A model generated the notes under the pieces. That model did not search any database, was not told where the DNA came from, and saw only the letters and a program-made list of their open reading frames with translations. A DNA stretch of 64,000 bases from Parcubacteria group bacterium (lineage in GTDB: Bacteria > Patescibacteriota > Minisyncoccia > Phycocordibacterales > UBA2100). The stretch's first letter is position 1. Every line of letters begins with the position of its first letter. Below are positions 19,912-30,022 of this stretch, piece after piece. The stretch is taken from assembly GCA_943358385.1 (NCBI GenBank), contig CALRGX010000003.1, positions 2,771 through 66,770 on the forward strand. The letters run 5' to 3'. The position numbers were made by a program, and so were the translations under genes.

Positions 19912-22059
19912 GTGTCTAGCTACGTTCATCAACTCCGTGACTTCCTGATGAAGTCGACCGCCCCGCAGGTCTTGATCTTCTCGAGCGCCGCACTGTACTT
20001 CCTCTTGGAATTTATTGTTGGGAAGTATCTGCTGCCGATTTTCGGTGGCTCGTGGGCAGTGTGGATCACGGTGCTGTCTTTTTTCACCACTGCCTTACTG
20101 CTGGGGTATCTGTATGCGCATTGGCTCATTCAAAAAAATGCACAGACGCAGCGGCAGTGGCATCGCGCATTGCTTTTGTTGGCTGCGCTTTGTGTCGGTA
20201 GTGTCGGCGCGGCTGTTGCTTTGGGCGCCAACATTCCCGCATACTTCGGCGTCGGCAACTTACCACCAGCTCTGGAAATTATTCTGCTACTCCTCTGCAC
20301 CGTTGGCATCCCTGCAATCGCCCTAGCTGCCACCAATACCTTGGTACAGCACTGGAGCTATGAAAACGAAGGCACGTATCGCCTGTACGCACTTTCGAAT
20401 GCAGGATCATTTGTGGGGCTACTCAGCTATCCGTTTCTGGTGGAGCCGCTCCTTGCGGTCCCTACACAAGCCGCCTTGTGGGCACTAGGTTTTATCTTCT
20501 TTGCCTACCAGTTGCGTCGCTTTATACAAAAAGATGCGCACGCAGTAGCAACGCACGTACACAGTGAAAAAGTGTCTATTGGTACCAAATTGCTGTGGCT
20601 CACTCTGGCCGCATTCCCCGCGCTTCTGATGGTCGCCACTACCGCGCAAATCACACACGTCGTTGCCCCTATCCCGCTTCTCTGGATGGTGCCGCTTGGT
20701 TTGTATTTGCTTTCATACGTGCTCGCGTTTTCAGGGAGAGGTGGGGGGAGGGTGGCCACCGGGATGTTTCTTGCGGCGGCATGGGGGTCTCTCTACCTTC
20801 TTGATGCAGGGGTCACATCGTTTATGGAGCGGCTCGGGGTGTACCTTTCGCTTCTGTTCTTCGCGTCCTTGGTTCTCCATGCTCATCTATTTGCTGCACG
20901 GCCAAAAGGTGCGCAGCTTTCACTCTTTTACTTCTATGTATCACTCGGTGGCGCCCTGGGCACACTGCTGATTTCTTTTGGTGCACCGCTGGCCTTCAAT
21001 GATCTGTGGGAGTTTCCCATCGCGGTGCTCATAGGGGTGATACTTTCCACCGTATTCTTCCTTTACTCTTTGGTAGGGCCGAAATTTATTTGGCCAGTAC
21101 GCATCCTTGCCGTCGGCTTCGTCTTTATTGCAGTGAATCAATTCTACGTATTCACCCAGGCTGAATTTGGCTTTGAGGGGACCGAGCGCAACTTCTACGG
21201 CATCACGATGGTATACAAAACCGACGACAAGGTCTCGCTCTATCACGAGGAAACGTTGCACGGTTCGCAATTTACGGATGCTGAAAATTCGAGAAAGCCA
21301 ACGACGTACTATTCGTTGCATGGGGCAGTCGGGCGCTCGTTTGGCTACGAGCGTGTGGTGGCGCATCCTGAGGGTCCGCTTAATGTGGCGATTATAGGAC
21401 TAGGAACAGGTACGGTCGCTGCATATTGCCGTCCAGGAGACTCATTTGTGTACTACGAAATAGATCGACGCATGGAGCGTATTGCGCGCAACGATTTCAC
21501 GTATTTGTCGCACTGTCCGGGGGTCGAAGTGCGCATTGGCGACGCACGTCGTGTGATGGAATTGGAGGTAGATGCAGGAAAAAAACAAATGTATGACATC
21601 CTGATCATCGATGCGTTCAACGACGACAACATTCCCGCACATTTGGTGACCGTTGAGGCGCTCGAGACCTACGCACAGCTGATGCGGCACGACGACAGTA
21701 TCATCGCGTTCCATACATCGAATCGTTATCTAGAGCTGGCGCCGCTCGTAGTGTCTCTTGCCAAAGAAAAAGGTTTTGCGGCAGTCGTCATAGATGGTGG
21801 CGGTGAGGCAGATGTGGGCGGCACTTCATCTCAGTGGGTACTGCTCTCGAAAAACACCGATGTATTCAAGCGTGAGCTCTTTCTAGAAAATTCAGACGAA
21901 CTACCGACGTATCTGCCGCGCCCGTGGACCGACACCTACTCAAATATTCTCCCTATCATTTCCGTACCCACCTCTTTTGCAGACATAATTGGCGAGAGAA
22001 TATTTTTTCCTACTCCATGGCCGCTGTATGCATCCTCGACCCTTGATACGGCAGAATAA
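19912..22059 (+). CDS. Fused membrane / spermidine-synthase-like SAM-dependent protein, paralog 1
   Basis: Many transmembrane helices (PIFGGSWAVW, RLYALSNAGS) plus IGLGTGT, YEID, GDAR, IIDAF; GTG start aligned with paralog 2. Confidence 0.85.
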   Translation: MSSYVHQLRDFLMKSTAPQVLIFSSAALYFLLEFIVGKYLLPIFGGSWAVWITVLSFFTTALLLGYLYAHWLIQKNAQTQRQWHRALLLLAALCVGSVGAAVALGANIPAYFGVGNLPPALEIILLLLCTVGIPAIALAATNTLVQHWSYENEGTYRLYALSNAGSFVGLLSYPFLVEPLLAVPTQAALWALGFIFFAYQLRRFIQKDAHAVATHVHSEKVSIGTKLLWLTLAAFPALLMVATTAQITHVVAPIPLLWMVPLGLYLLSYVLAFSGRGGGRVATGMFLAAAWGSLYLLDAGVTSFMERLGVYLSLLFFASLVLHAHLFAARPKGAQLSLFYFYVSLGGALGTLLISFGAPLAFNDLWEFPIAVLIGVILSTVFFLYSLVGPKFIWPVRILAVGFVFIAVNQFYVFTQAEFGFEGTERNFYGITMVYKTDDKVSLYHEETLHGSQFTDAENSRKPTTYYSLHGAVGRSFGYERVVAHPEGPLNVAIIGLGTGTVAAYCRPGDSFVYYEIDRRMERIARNDFTYLSHCPGVEVRIGDARRVMELEVDAGKKQMYDILIIDAFNDDNIPAHLVTVEALETYAQLMRHDDSIIAFHTSNRYLELAPLVVSLAKEKGFAAVVIDGGGEADVGGTSSQWVLLSKNTDVFKRELFLENSDELPTYLPRPWTDTYSNILPIISVPTSFADIIGERIFFPTPWPLYASSTLDTAE

Positions 22060-22074
22060 TGGAGCATCAGCTAC

Positions 22075-24144
22075 ATGTCTACTATGAAACAGATAATACA
22101 ATTCTTTAAACGCTTTAGTCCTGCGGAGACACTGATCTTCTCGAGCGCCGCACTGTACTTCCTCTTGGAATTTATTGTTGGGAAGTATCTGCTGCCGATT
22201 TTCGGTGGCTCGTGGGCAGTGTGGATCACGGTGCTGTCTTTTTTTACCGTCGCCCTTTTGTTGGGGTATGTGTATGCGCATTGGCTCACCAAGCGAACAG
22301 TTGCGGTACAACAAAAAATGCACCGGACGCTTCTTCTGGTTGCACTCGTGCCTGCGGCGCTCGTAGGTATAGCGATCATGAGTGGAGCGAGCGTGCCTGC
22401 ATACTTCGGCGTCGGCAACTTACCACCAGCTCTGGAAATTATTCTGCTACTCCTCTGCACCGTTGGCATCCCTGCAATCGCCCTAGCTGCCACCAATACC
22501 TTAGTACAGCACTGGAGCTATGAAAACGAAGGCACGTATCGCCTGTACGCACTTTCGAATGCAGGATCATTTGTGGGGCTCCTCAGCTATCCGTTTCTGG
22601 TGGAGCCGCTTTTTTCCGTGCGGGTGCAAGCGGTATTGTGGGTCATCGCATTTGTGTACTTTGTATATGCCATGCGGCACTTCATCCTGCATACCGCGGC
22701 CATAGAAGTGGCAAAAGATGAACATCACACACCCGTTTCAGTCTCACGGCGCCTCACGTGGCTTGGACTCGCCGCATTCCCCGCGCTTCTGATGGTCGCC
22801 ACTACCGCGCAAATCACACACGTCGTTGCCCCTATCCCGCTTCTCTGGATGGTGCCGCTTGGTTTGTATTTGCTTTCATACGTGCTCGCGTTTTCAGGGA
22901 GAGGTGGGGGGAAAGTCGTCATGACGCTCTTCGTTCTCTCTGCAGGAGGGTCGTTGTACCTACTGGACGCGAGCGTGCATGTGTACATGTTGCGCTTGTT
23001 TGTGTACTTGCCGCTTCTTTTCTTTGCATCACTCTCGATTCATGCTCTTTTGTATCGACTACGCCCTCATGGTGGGGCGCTGTCGTCTTTTTATCTGTAT
23101 CTGTCCCTTGGCGGGGCATTGGGCACGCTTTTGGTTTCTTTTGGTGCGCCGATCATTTTCAACGAGCTCTGGGAGTTTCCGCTTGCAGTGTTTGCCGCAT
23201 TTTTGGGAGGCTGTGCGCTCCTCTTGTACAGTGCATCTGCACACCTGTCGTCATGGGTGCCGCGTGTACTCATGGTGGCAGTGGCCTTTGGAGCGGGGCA
23301 GTTTTTCTATGCATTTACGCAGGAATATTTTGGTTTTGAAGGAGTGGAAAGAAATTTCTACGGCATCACCACGGTGGTAGATGGCCCTGACAAAGTGACC
23401 CTGTTGCACGAGCAAACGGTGCATGGCACACAGCTTAAGTTTGATGAGCGCGTACCTACCGCGTACTTTACGCTCCACAGCGCCATTGGAAGAACGTTTG
23501 GCTATCAGCGTGTGGTGGCACACCCCGATCGGCCGCTTTCGGTGGGCGTGATTGGATTGGGCGCAGGCACCATGGCGGCGTACTGTCGACCAGGAGACAC
23601 GTTTGTATATTACGAAATCGACGCACGCATGGAGCGCATTGCGCGCAACGATTTCACCTACCTATCGCACTGCCCCGGGATAGAAGTGCGCATCGGTGAT
23701 GGACGACGCTTGATGGAGCAAGAAGTGGCGGCGGGGCAGACGGGCGTCTACGATGTGCTGATGGTTGATGCATTCAACGACGACAACATTCCTGCACACT
23801 TGGTAACGGTAGAAGCGCTGGATGTCTACGGCAAACTATTGCGCGAGAAAGACAGTATCATCGTTTTTCAAGCATCGAATCGTTACATTGCCCTTGCGCC
23901 TTTGGTTATCGCACTCGCCAAAGAGCGTGGCTATTTCGCGGTAGTGATGGAAGGGGATGTGAGCATGGACACTGCGTCACTCACTTCGCAATACGTGCTT
24001 CTTTCGAAAGATCCGCACGTGTTTAGCCAGAAACTGTTCCTTGAGGCATCGGTGGAGCTGCCGAAGTATTTACCGACTGCATGGACTGATACCTACTCAA
24101 ACATTCTGCCGCTACTCACGCTGCCGAGCCCTTTTCGGGATTAA
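22075..24144 (+). CDS. Fused membrane / spermidine-synthase-like SAM-dependent protein, paralog 2
   Basis: Same architecture as paralog 1; IGLGAGT, GDGR, MVDAF, WTDTYSN. Confidence 0.87.
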   Translation: MSTMKQIIQFFKRFSPAETLIFSSAALYFLLEFIVGKYLLPIFGGSWAVWITVLSFFTVALLLGYVYAHWLTKRTVAVQQKMHRTLLLVALVPAALVGIAIMSGASVPAYFGVGNLPPALEIILLLLCTVGIPAIALAATNTLVQHWSYENEGTYRLYALSNAGSFVGLLSYPFLVEPLFSVRVQAVLWVIAFVYFVYAMRHFILHTAAIEVAKDEHHTPVSVSRRLTWLGLAAFPALLMVATTAQITHVVAPIPLLWMVPLGLYLLSYVLAFSGRGGGKVVMTLFVLSAGGSLYLLDASVHVYMLRLFVYLPLLFFASLSIHALLYRLRPHGGALSSFYLYLSLGGALGTLLVSFGAPIIFNELWEFPLAVFAAFLGGCALLLYSASAHLSSWVPRVLMVAVAFGAGQFFYAFTQEYFGFEGVERNFYGITTVVDGPDKVTLLHEQTVHGTQLKFDERVPTAYFTLHSAIGRTFGYQRVVAHPDRPLSVGVIGLGAGTMAAYCRPGDTFVYYEIDARMERIARNDFTYLSHCPGIEVRIGDGRRLMEQEVAAGQTGVYDVLMVDAFNDDNIPAHLVTVEALDVYGKLLREKDSIIVFQASNRYIALAPLVIALAKERGYFAVVMEGDVSMDTASLTSQYVLLSKDPHVFSQKLFLEASVELPKYLPTAWTDTYSNILPLLTLPSPFRD

Positions 24145-24240
24145 GCTGATGTAAAAAGAGCGCTCTATCGTACGAGTGCAAAACATGGCATAGTGCAGAA
24201 AGAGCAGCGCCGTGCTGCCAACTCAACAAGGAGAGACATC

Positions 24241-24552
24241 ATGACTGCATTTCGCGCGTTTTTGATCGCCCTCATCGTCGGTTTGGTTGGTGGGATGACT
24301 ACTTCTGCCATCCGCGCCGACGACCTGCAGAAGCCTGCGATACAGGTGGAAGCAACGGCTCCGGCCCTGCAAAAAATGGCGGTTCTCGCCACGAAACTGC
24401 CGGAAACCATGAGCCTTCCCTCGGGCGTCGTGCCCATCTGCAGCGCGCCGAAGATTTCCTGCGAGTCGTTCTGCTTCCAGTGTCGCGGCGGCCGCGGCTC
24501 CTGCATACGCGACTGCAAGAACCGCGGCAATCCCTGCGTGAGCCCGTGTTGA
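24241..24552 (+). CDS. Secreted small protein with an 8-Cys C-terminal domain
   Basis: AAGGAG SD, signal peptide, Cys-rich tail, perfect hairpin at 24575-24601. Confidence 0.7.
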   Translation: MTAFRAFLIALIVGLVGGMTTSAIRADDLQKPAIQVEATAPALQKMAVLATKLPETMSLPSGVVPICSAPKISCESFCFQCRGGRGSCIRDCKNRGNPCVSPC

Positions 24553-24609
24553 AGTGACGGCTCTGTTATTCCTTGCCGGCCCCGACTCTGTCGGGGCCGG
24601 CTTCTGTTT

Positions 24610-24676
24610 GTGTGGATAAATGTGGTTGCGTGGTAGAAAGTGGCATATACTTGGAAACTAGTGGGAGAAAGTGGGA
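24610..24676 (+). promoter_or_regulatory. MraZ-binding-type GTGG(G) repeat array at the dcw promoter
   Basis: GTGG units about every 10 bp (e.g. GTGGGAGAAAGTGGGA) around TATACT, upstream of mraZ. Confidence 0.7.
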
Positions 24677-24823
24677 ACATGCCCAGGTGCACGATTAAGG
24701 ACGTGCGTCCTGAGTCTGGTGAATCCATTGGATTCAGCAGAGTCCCCGTGTCTTGAAAAAGATGCGGGGAACATGATGCCCCAGCACAACATGCTGGGAA
24801 CCACCTACATCTCACGAAAATAT

Positions 24824-25258
24824 ATGTTCATCGGCGAGTACGAACACGCGTTAGACGACAAAAAACGGGTGATGCTCCCGAAGGCATTCAAGAATGGGTT
24901 AGGTAAGAAAATGGTGATGACGCGGGGTTTTGACAATTGTTTGTTTGTCTACCCACAAGACGCGTGGAAGAAAGTTGCGGAAAAACTTCAGACACTTTCT
25001 TTTGCGCAGGCTGATACGCGTGGGTTCAGTCGCTTTCTGCTTTCAGGTGCGGCAGAGGTAGAGGTTGATGCTGCTGGTCGTGTGCTGATTCCGGAAAACC
25101 ACAAGCAATTCGCTGGTCTCAAAAGGACGGTGGTCTTTGCAGGGGTCTCGGATCGGGTCGAAGTGTGGGATGCAGGGCTGTGGAAGAGCTATAAAGCGCG
25201 CATTGAGAAGCAAGCTGATGCGATGGCCGAAAAGCTCGGTGAGATTGGAGTGCTGTAG
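24824..25258 (+). CDS. mraZ: Cell division transcriptional regulator MraZ
   Basis: MFIGEYEHALDDK, DAAGRVLIP, DRVEVW. Confidence 0.95.
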   Translation: MFIGEYEHALDDKKRVMLPKAFKNGLGKKMVMTRGFDNCLFVYPQDAWKKVAEKLQTLSFAQADTRGFSRFLLSGAAEVEVDAAGRVLIPENHKQFAGLKRTVVFAGVSDRVEVWDAGLWKSYKARIEKQADAMAEKLGEIGVL

Positions 25259-25299
25259 GTTTTTGGTTGCAGAGAGCTGCTAGAGGATTTGCATACGTC

Positions 25300-26238
25300 A
25301 TGCGCACGCGACGAACCACATCCTCTAGCAACTCGGTGCCACGAGAGACTGACCTGCACCCTAGTGTTCTTTTACATGAAGTTGTTGATGCGCTTGAACT
25401 CACCGGCAGTGAGACAATCGTCGACTGCACCCTGGGTGGTGCGGGGCATACCAAGGCAATTGCTGCAAAGCTGAAAGGCGACGGCAAACTGATAGGCCTT
25501 GATGCCGACCCTGCTGCAGTAGATCGTGCGCGGCGTGCACTAAAAAATGCGCAGCCACGAGTCTTGTTGTCGGTGAGCAACTTTCGCCACCTCAGAAGGA
25601 CTCTGGAAACACTCAAGATAGCGGCAGTCGATGGGTTTGTCTTCGACCTTGGGTGGAGCGGATACCAGCTGGTTGCCGAACGAGGATTTTCATTCATGGC
25701 TGATGAACCACTCTTGATGACCTATGGAGCCAAGGATGCCCACGTGTTTACTGCGTACGACGTGGTGAACAACTGGGAAGAGGAAAGCATTGCCGACATT
25801 CTCTATGGTTGGGGTGAAGAGCGATTTGCCCGGCGCATTGCCAAAGCCATTGTGGCGAGGCGTGAACTAAAGCCCATTGCAACCGCCAGAGAGCTCGGTG
25901 AATTGATTAGCCACGCGGTCCCACGCTTCTATGCGCGTGCAAAATTGCATCCGGCCACGAAAACATTCCAGGCAATCCGCATTGCGGTAAATGACGAGCT
26001 AGGCGCCTTGAATGACGGTCTTTCGCAAGCGCTGATATCGCTCGCACCTAAAGGAAAGATTGCGGTGATTACGTTCCACAGCATCGAGGACAGGGCAGTA
26101 AAGCGTCTTTTCCGTGAATGGCAAAACCGTGAACTGGGTATGGCGACGACCAAGAAGCCCATTCGACCATCAACTACTGAATTGAGTGCCAACCCACGCG
26201 CTCGCAGTGCAAAACTTCGTGTCTTTCAAAAAAACTAA
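25300..26238 (+). CDS. rsmH: 16S rRNA m4C1402 methyltransferase RsmH
   Basis: HPSVLL, DCTLGGAGH, FQAIRIAVNDEL, NPRARSAKLR. Confidence 0.96.
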   Translation: MRTRRTTSSSNSVPRETDLHPSVLLHEVVDALELTGSETIVDCTLGGAGHTKAIAAKLKGDGKLIGLDADPAAVDRARRALKNAQPRVLLSVSNFRHLRRTLETLKIAAVDGFVFDLGWSGYQLVAERGFSFMADEPLLMTYGAKDAHVFTAYDVVNNWEEESIADILYGWGEERFARRIAKAIVARRELKPIATARELGELISHAVPRFYARAKLHPATKTFQAIRIAVNDELGALNDGLSQALISLAPKGKIAVITFHSIEDRAVKRLFREWQNRELGMATTKKPIRPSTTELSANPRARSAKLRVFQKN

Positions 26239-26239
26239 C

Positions 26240-26584
26240 ATGCAACCCATAATTCCATACATACAGAAAACCAAAGCGCTCCTTGCAGAGGAGTATTTTT
26301 GGGAATCTCACCTGCGGCGGCTCTTGGTCCTCTGTACTGCGGTTGCGTTTGTGGCATACGTGTATTGTGTAGCGGCCTCTATTTTGAATGTGATTGCCCG
26401 CAAAGAGGCTGATGCGAAAACGGCGTCTTTTGCTGCTGCCATTTCGGCACATGAATCGACCTACTTTTCACTTACTCAGTCGATAAAAGAAGAGTCATTG
26501 GGAGAACATGGTTTGTTTGCGATTTCCGACAAACATTTTGTGACGCGAACGCCAACCCTCGGCTTCTCCGCGCATGTCCGGTAA
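26240..26584 (+). CDS. Single-transmembrane protein at the ftsL position
   Basis: One transmembrane helix plus a short helical region between rsmH and ftsI. Confidence 0.6.
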   Translation: MQPIIPYIQKTKALLAEEYFWESHLRRLLVLCTAVAFVAYVYCVAASILNVIARKEADAKTASFAAAISAHESTYFSLTQSIKEESLGEHGLFAISDKHFVTRTPTLGFSAHVR

Positions 26585-28298
26585 ATCAAAAGGGCTCGCT
26601 CGGTTTCAATGGCGAGTGCGCACAATATTGGGCTGTCTGATTGCAGTCGCACTCCTTCTCATTGCGCGACTCTACTTCGTGCAGGTCGTAAACGGCGCCG
26701 AATACCGTGCAGCGGCTGAAGGACAATACACTTCCACGGGTGCTGCAGCAGAAGCTCGAGGGGATATCTATTTCACGGAAAAAGACGGGCGCGCGTACGC
26801 TGCTGCAGTAATGCGCTCGGGCTACAAAATCGCCATCCAACCAAGTGTGCTCGAGAATCCGGAAAAAGTGTACGGACTTTTAAACGAAGTAACACCTATT
26901 TCAAAAGAGCGATTTTTTGCTGCAGTTGCCAAAACGACTGACCCGTATGAAGAGGTAGCCACCCGCGTGGATGAAGAGGCGGGAAGAATAGTACGCGACA
27001 TGGAGCTCTTGGGCGTGGTGGTGTCTCACGATCGCTGGCGCTTTTACCCTGCACAGGAGCGCGCAGCGCAGACGCTGGGATTTGTTGGGTTCCAAGGACA
27101 CGAGCGCGTAGGGCGCTATGGCTTGGAGCGCTACTGGCAAGACACACTGAAGCGCAATCCTCACGAACTCTATGGAAACTTCTTTGCAGATATTTTTGCC
27201 AACATTGAAGGCCTAGCAGCAACGACGAGTGCCGAAGGCGGGGATGTGATTACCACTATCGAACCTACCGTTGCGCAGCGATTGGAAGATGTGTTACACA
27301 AAATTGACGAAACGTACTCCCCAAAACTTTCAGGCGGTATTGTGATGGATCCAAAAACGGGTGCCATCATCGCTATGAGTGCGACACCGAGCTTTGACCC
27401 AAACAAGTACAACGAAGTAACCTCGCCTGCCGTGTTTAGTAATCCTATGGTTGAAAGTGTTTTTGAATTGGGCTCCATCATGAAGCCGCTCACCGTTGCT
27501 GCCGGCATCGATGCGGGGGTGATCAACGCAGGAACCACTTACAACGATACGGGTTGTATTACGCGTAGCGAATTCCGCGTGTGCAATTTCGATCACATAG
27601 CACGCGGGCGCGTGGCGATGCAGGAAGTTTTGAGTCAATCATTGAATACGGGTGCCACGTATGTTGCCGAGAAGCTTGGTTTTGATCGATTTGCCCAGTA
27701 TGTGCGAGCTTACGGCCTGGGTGAAGAAACAGGCATTGATGTGCCCAATGAAGTGCGCGGAAAGCTCGCCGGTTTGGACAGCGGCTCGGCAGTCGACTTG
27801 GCATCAGCATCATTTGGGCAGGGAATTGCTTTGACCCCGATTGCCATGACTCGCGCCCTTGCCTCGCTTGCAAACGGCGGCATTTTACCTGAACCGCACG
27901 TGGTGGATCGCATTGTGTACCCTTCAGGACTTTCAAAGAAAACCTGGCACATGGGTGAGACGCGGGTGATTTCCGCGGCAGCAGCAGAAGAAACAACACG
28001 CATGCTGGTGGAAGTGGTAGACACGGCGCTTTTGAAAGGAAAGGTAAAGCAAGCAGGGTATTCCATTGCCGCGAAGACGGGCACCGCACAAATCGCACAG
28101 CAAGGCGGCGGCTATTCAGCAGATAAATACCTGCACTCGTTCTTCGGCTATTTCCCTGCACATGACCCCAAATTCGTGGTCTTTCTCTTTACCGTAGAGC
28201 CGAAAAACGTGGAATATGCATCGCAGACCTTGACCGAGCCGTTTATGGACCTCGCTAAATTCCTCATTAGCTACTACGATATCCCTCCCGACCGCTAG
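26574..28298 (+). CDS. ftsI: Class B penicillin-binding protein (FtsI/PBP3-like)
   Basis: GSIMK (SxxK), SLN, KTGTAQ; dcw gene order. Confidence 0.88.
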   Translation: MSGKSKGLARFQWRVRTILGCLIAVALLLIARLYFVQVVNGAEYRAAAEGQYTSTGAAAEARGDIYFTEKDGRAYAAAVMRSGYKIAIQPSVLENPEKVYGLLNEVTPISKERFFAAVAKTTDPYEEVATRVDEEAGRIVRDMELLGVVVSHDRWRFYPAQERAAQTLGFVGFQGHERVGRYGLERYWQDTLKRNPHELYGNFFADIFANIEGLAATTSAEGGDVITTIEPTVAQRLEDVLHKIDETYSPKLSGGIVMDPKTGAIIAMSATPSFDPNKYNEVTSPAVFSNPMVESVFELGSIMKPLTVAAGIDAGVINAGTTYNDTGCITRSEFRVCNFDHIARGRVAMQEVLSQSLNTGATYVAEKLGFDRFAQYVRAYGLGEETGIDVPNEVRGKLAGLDSGSAVDLASASFGQGIALTPIAMTRALASLANGGILPEPHVVDRIVYPSGLSKKTWHMGETRVISAAAAEETTRMLVEVVDTALLKGKVKQAGYSIAAKTGTAQIAQQGGGYSADKYLHSFFGYFPAHDPKFVVFLFTVEPKNVEYASQTLTEPFMDLAKFLISYYDIPPDR

Positions 28299-28356
28299 AA
28301 TCGACTAAAAGGATGTCTGCGACAGAAGGATGGTAAAAAGGTAGAATAAAGAAAAT

Positions 28357-29652
28357 ATGACATTCATACGCTCGATCGTAACGATGATTCTGACCTGGGA
28401 AGCTCGACTGATACTAAAAAAATATACGCCTTTTATTGTGGCGGTGACGGGTAGTGTGGGAAAGACAACGACCAAAGATGCGATTTACACGGTCCTCTCC
28501 AAGGACCGTGACACGCGCAAAAGCGATAAAAGTTTAAATAGTGAGCTCGGTATCCCGCTTACCATCATTGGTGCGGAAAGTGGCTGGTGGAACCCTATTT
28601 CGTGGCTCACCATCATGTGGAAAGGGCTGCTGTTGATTATTCTCCCCACGCGCTATCCAGAGGTGCTGGTTTTGGAAGTAGGGGCAGATCATCCTGGCGA
28701 TGTACGCCGTGCCGCGGTATGGCTCAAGCCGCACATTGCGGTGATCACGGGGATCCCCGAAATTCCTGCACACGTAGAATTTTTTGATTCACCTGATGCG
28801 GTGGTGAAGGAGAAAAAAGAATTAGCGCTGCATGTGCGTTCGGGCGGCTCGGTTATTTTGAATGGCGATGATGAACGTACTCGAGCCATGCATAGTGAGT
28901 TTCGCGCAACCGCGGTGCGCTATGGCCTCACCGCCGGAAACGAATTTACTGCATCACACGAAAGCGTGGTGTATCAGCAAGATGCACCACGAGGGATGCG
29001 TTTTCGTGTGGATCACAGTGGCTCGTCGGTCCCTATTACCATCATGGGTGCCCTAGGGCGCACACATATCCTGCCGTCTTTGGCAGCGTGTGCCGTTGCT
29101 GATGCAATGGGTATCGATCTGGTCGCTGCAGGCGGCGCACTTTTGTCGCATGAGCCAGGGCCAGGCCGTATGCGCGTGATCGAAGGCCTAGGGGGCAGCA
29201 CTATTATCGACGATACCTACAACGCCTCGCCTGCGGCCGTTGCTGCGGCCCTACAGACCCTACACGAGCTGGAAACAGGAGGGCGAAAGATTGCGCTTTT
29301 GGGCGACATGCTTGAATTGGGCAAATACAGTAACGCCGCACACGATGCGGTTGGCGCACAGGCGAGCGGCATTGTTTCTGAATTGGTGACGGTAGGCACT
29401 GAGGCAGCACGTATCGCAGAAAGTGCGCGTAATGCAGGACTCAACCCTGATCGTATTGTGGAATACAAACGAGGTGAATCACTCGCTGCTGGCGAGGCAT
29501 GTGCCAAGCAAATTCGCGAAGGCGATGTCATTTTAGTGAAAGGCTCGCAAGGTATTCGCATGGAGCGTGCGGTAAAGGCATTGATGGCCGAACCGCATCG
29601 GGCAAAAGAATTGCTGGTGCGCCAGAGCGATGAGTGGCTCGCGCTACCGTAG
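28357..29652 (+). CDS. murF: UDP-N-acetylmuramoyl-tripeptide--D-Ala-D-Ala ligase
   Basis: VTGSVGKTTTKD, IDDTYNASP, LGDMLELG, LVKGS. Confidence 0.93.
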   Translation: MTFIRSIVTMILTWEARLILKKYTPFIVAVTGSVGKTTTKDAIYTVLSKDRDTRKSDKSLNSELGIPLTIIGAESGWWNPISWLTIMWKGLLLIILPTRYPEVLVLEVGADHPGDVRRAAVWLKPHIAVITGIPEIPAHVEFFDSPDAVVKEKKELALHVRSGGSVILNGDDERTRAMHSEFRATAVRYGLTAGNEFTASHESVVYQQDAPRGMRFRVDHSGSSVPITIMGALGRTHILPSLAACAVADAMGIDLVAAGGALLSHEPGPGRMRVIEGLGGSTIIDDTYNASPAAVAAALQTLHELETGGRKIALLGDMLELGKYSNAAHDAVGAQASGIVSELVTVGTEAARIAESARNAGLNPDRIVEYKRGESLAAGEACAKQIREGDVILVKGSQGIRMERAVKALMAEPHRAKELLVRQSDEWLALP

Positions 29653-29746
29653 GTCATACGTCTTGACTCACTACGCCTTGTCTTATGGGGGTAGAATATT
29701 TTTTATATCGTAACAGTCGTGCGCGTACAAATATAAGGAACACCAT

Positions 29747-30022
29747 ATGAGCAACCTACACAACACGGGCCCGTCACTTTTCGCGAGCGAAGCAGAGGCA
29801 CTTCTGGCACCTGGGAAAATCGTTCGGCATTATAAAGGCGGCATCTACCGCATTATCGACGAACACGTGCGTCACAGTGAGACGCTGGAAGAAGGCGTGC
29901 TCTACGAGCATCTGTGGCCCAACAAGCATGGGTTTTGGTTTCGACCTGTAGCCATGTTCTGGGGGAATGTAGAGCCAGAGAAGGGTGGTGGGCCGCGATT
30001 TACCGTTGTAGATAGGGAATAG
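29747..30022 (+). CDS. DUF1653 family protein
   Basis: RHYKGGIY, HSETLE..VLY, W.RP..MF, PRF. Confidence 0.85.
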   Translation: MSNLHNTGPSLFASEAEALLAPGKIVRHYKGGIYRIIDEHVRHSETLEEGVLYEHLWPNKHGFWFRPVAMFWGNVEPEKGGGPRFTVVDRE

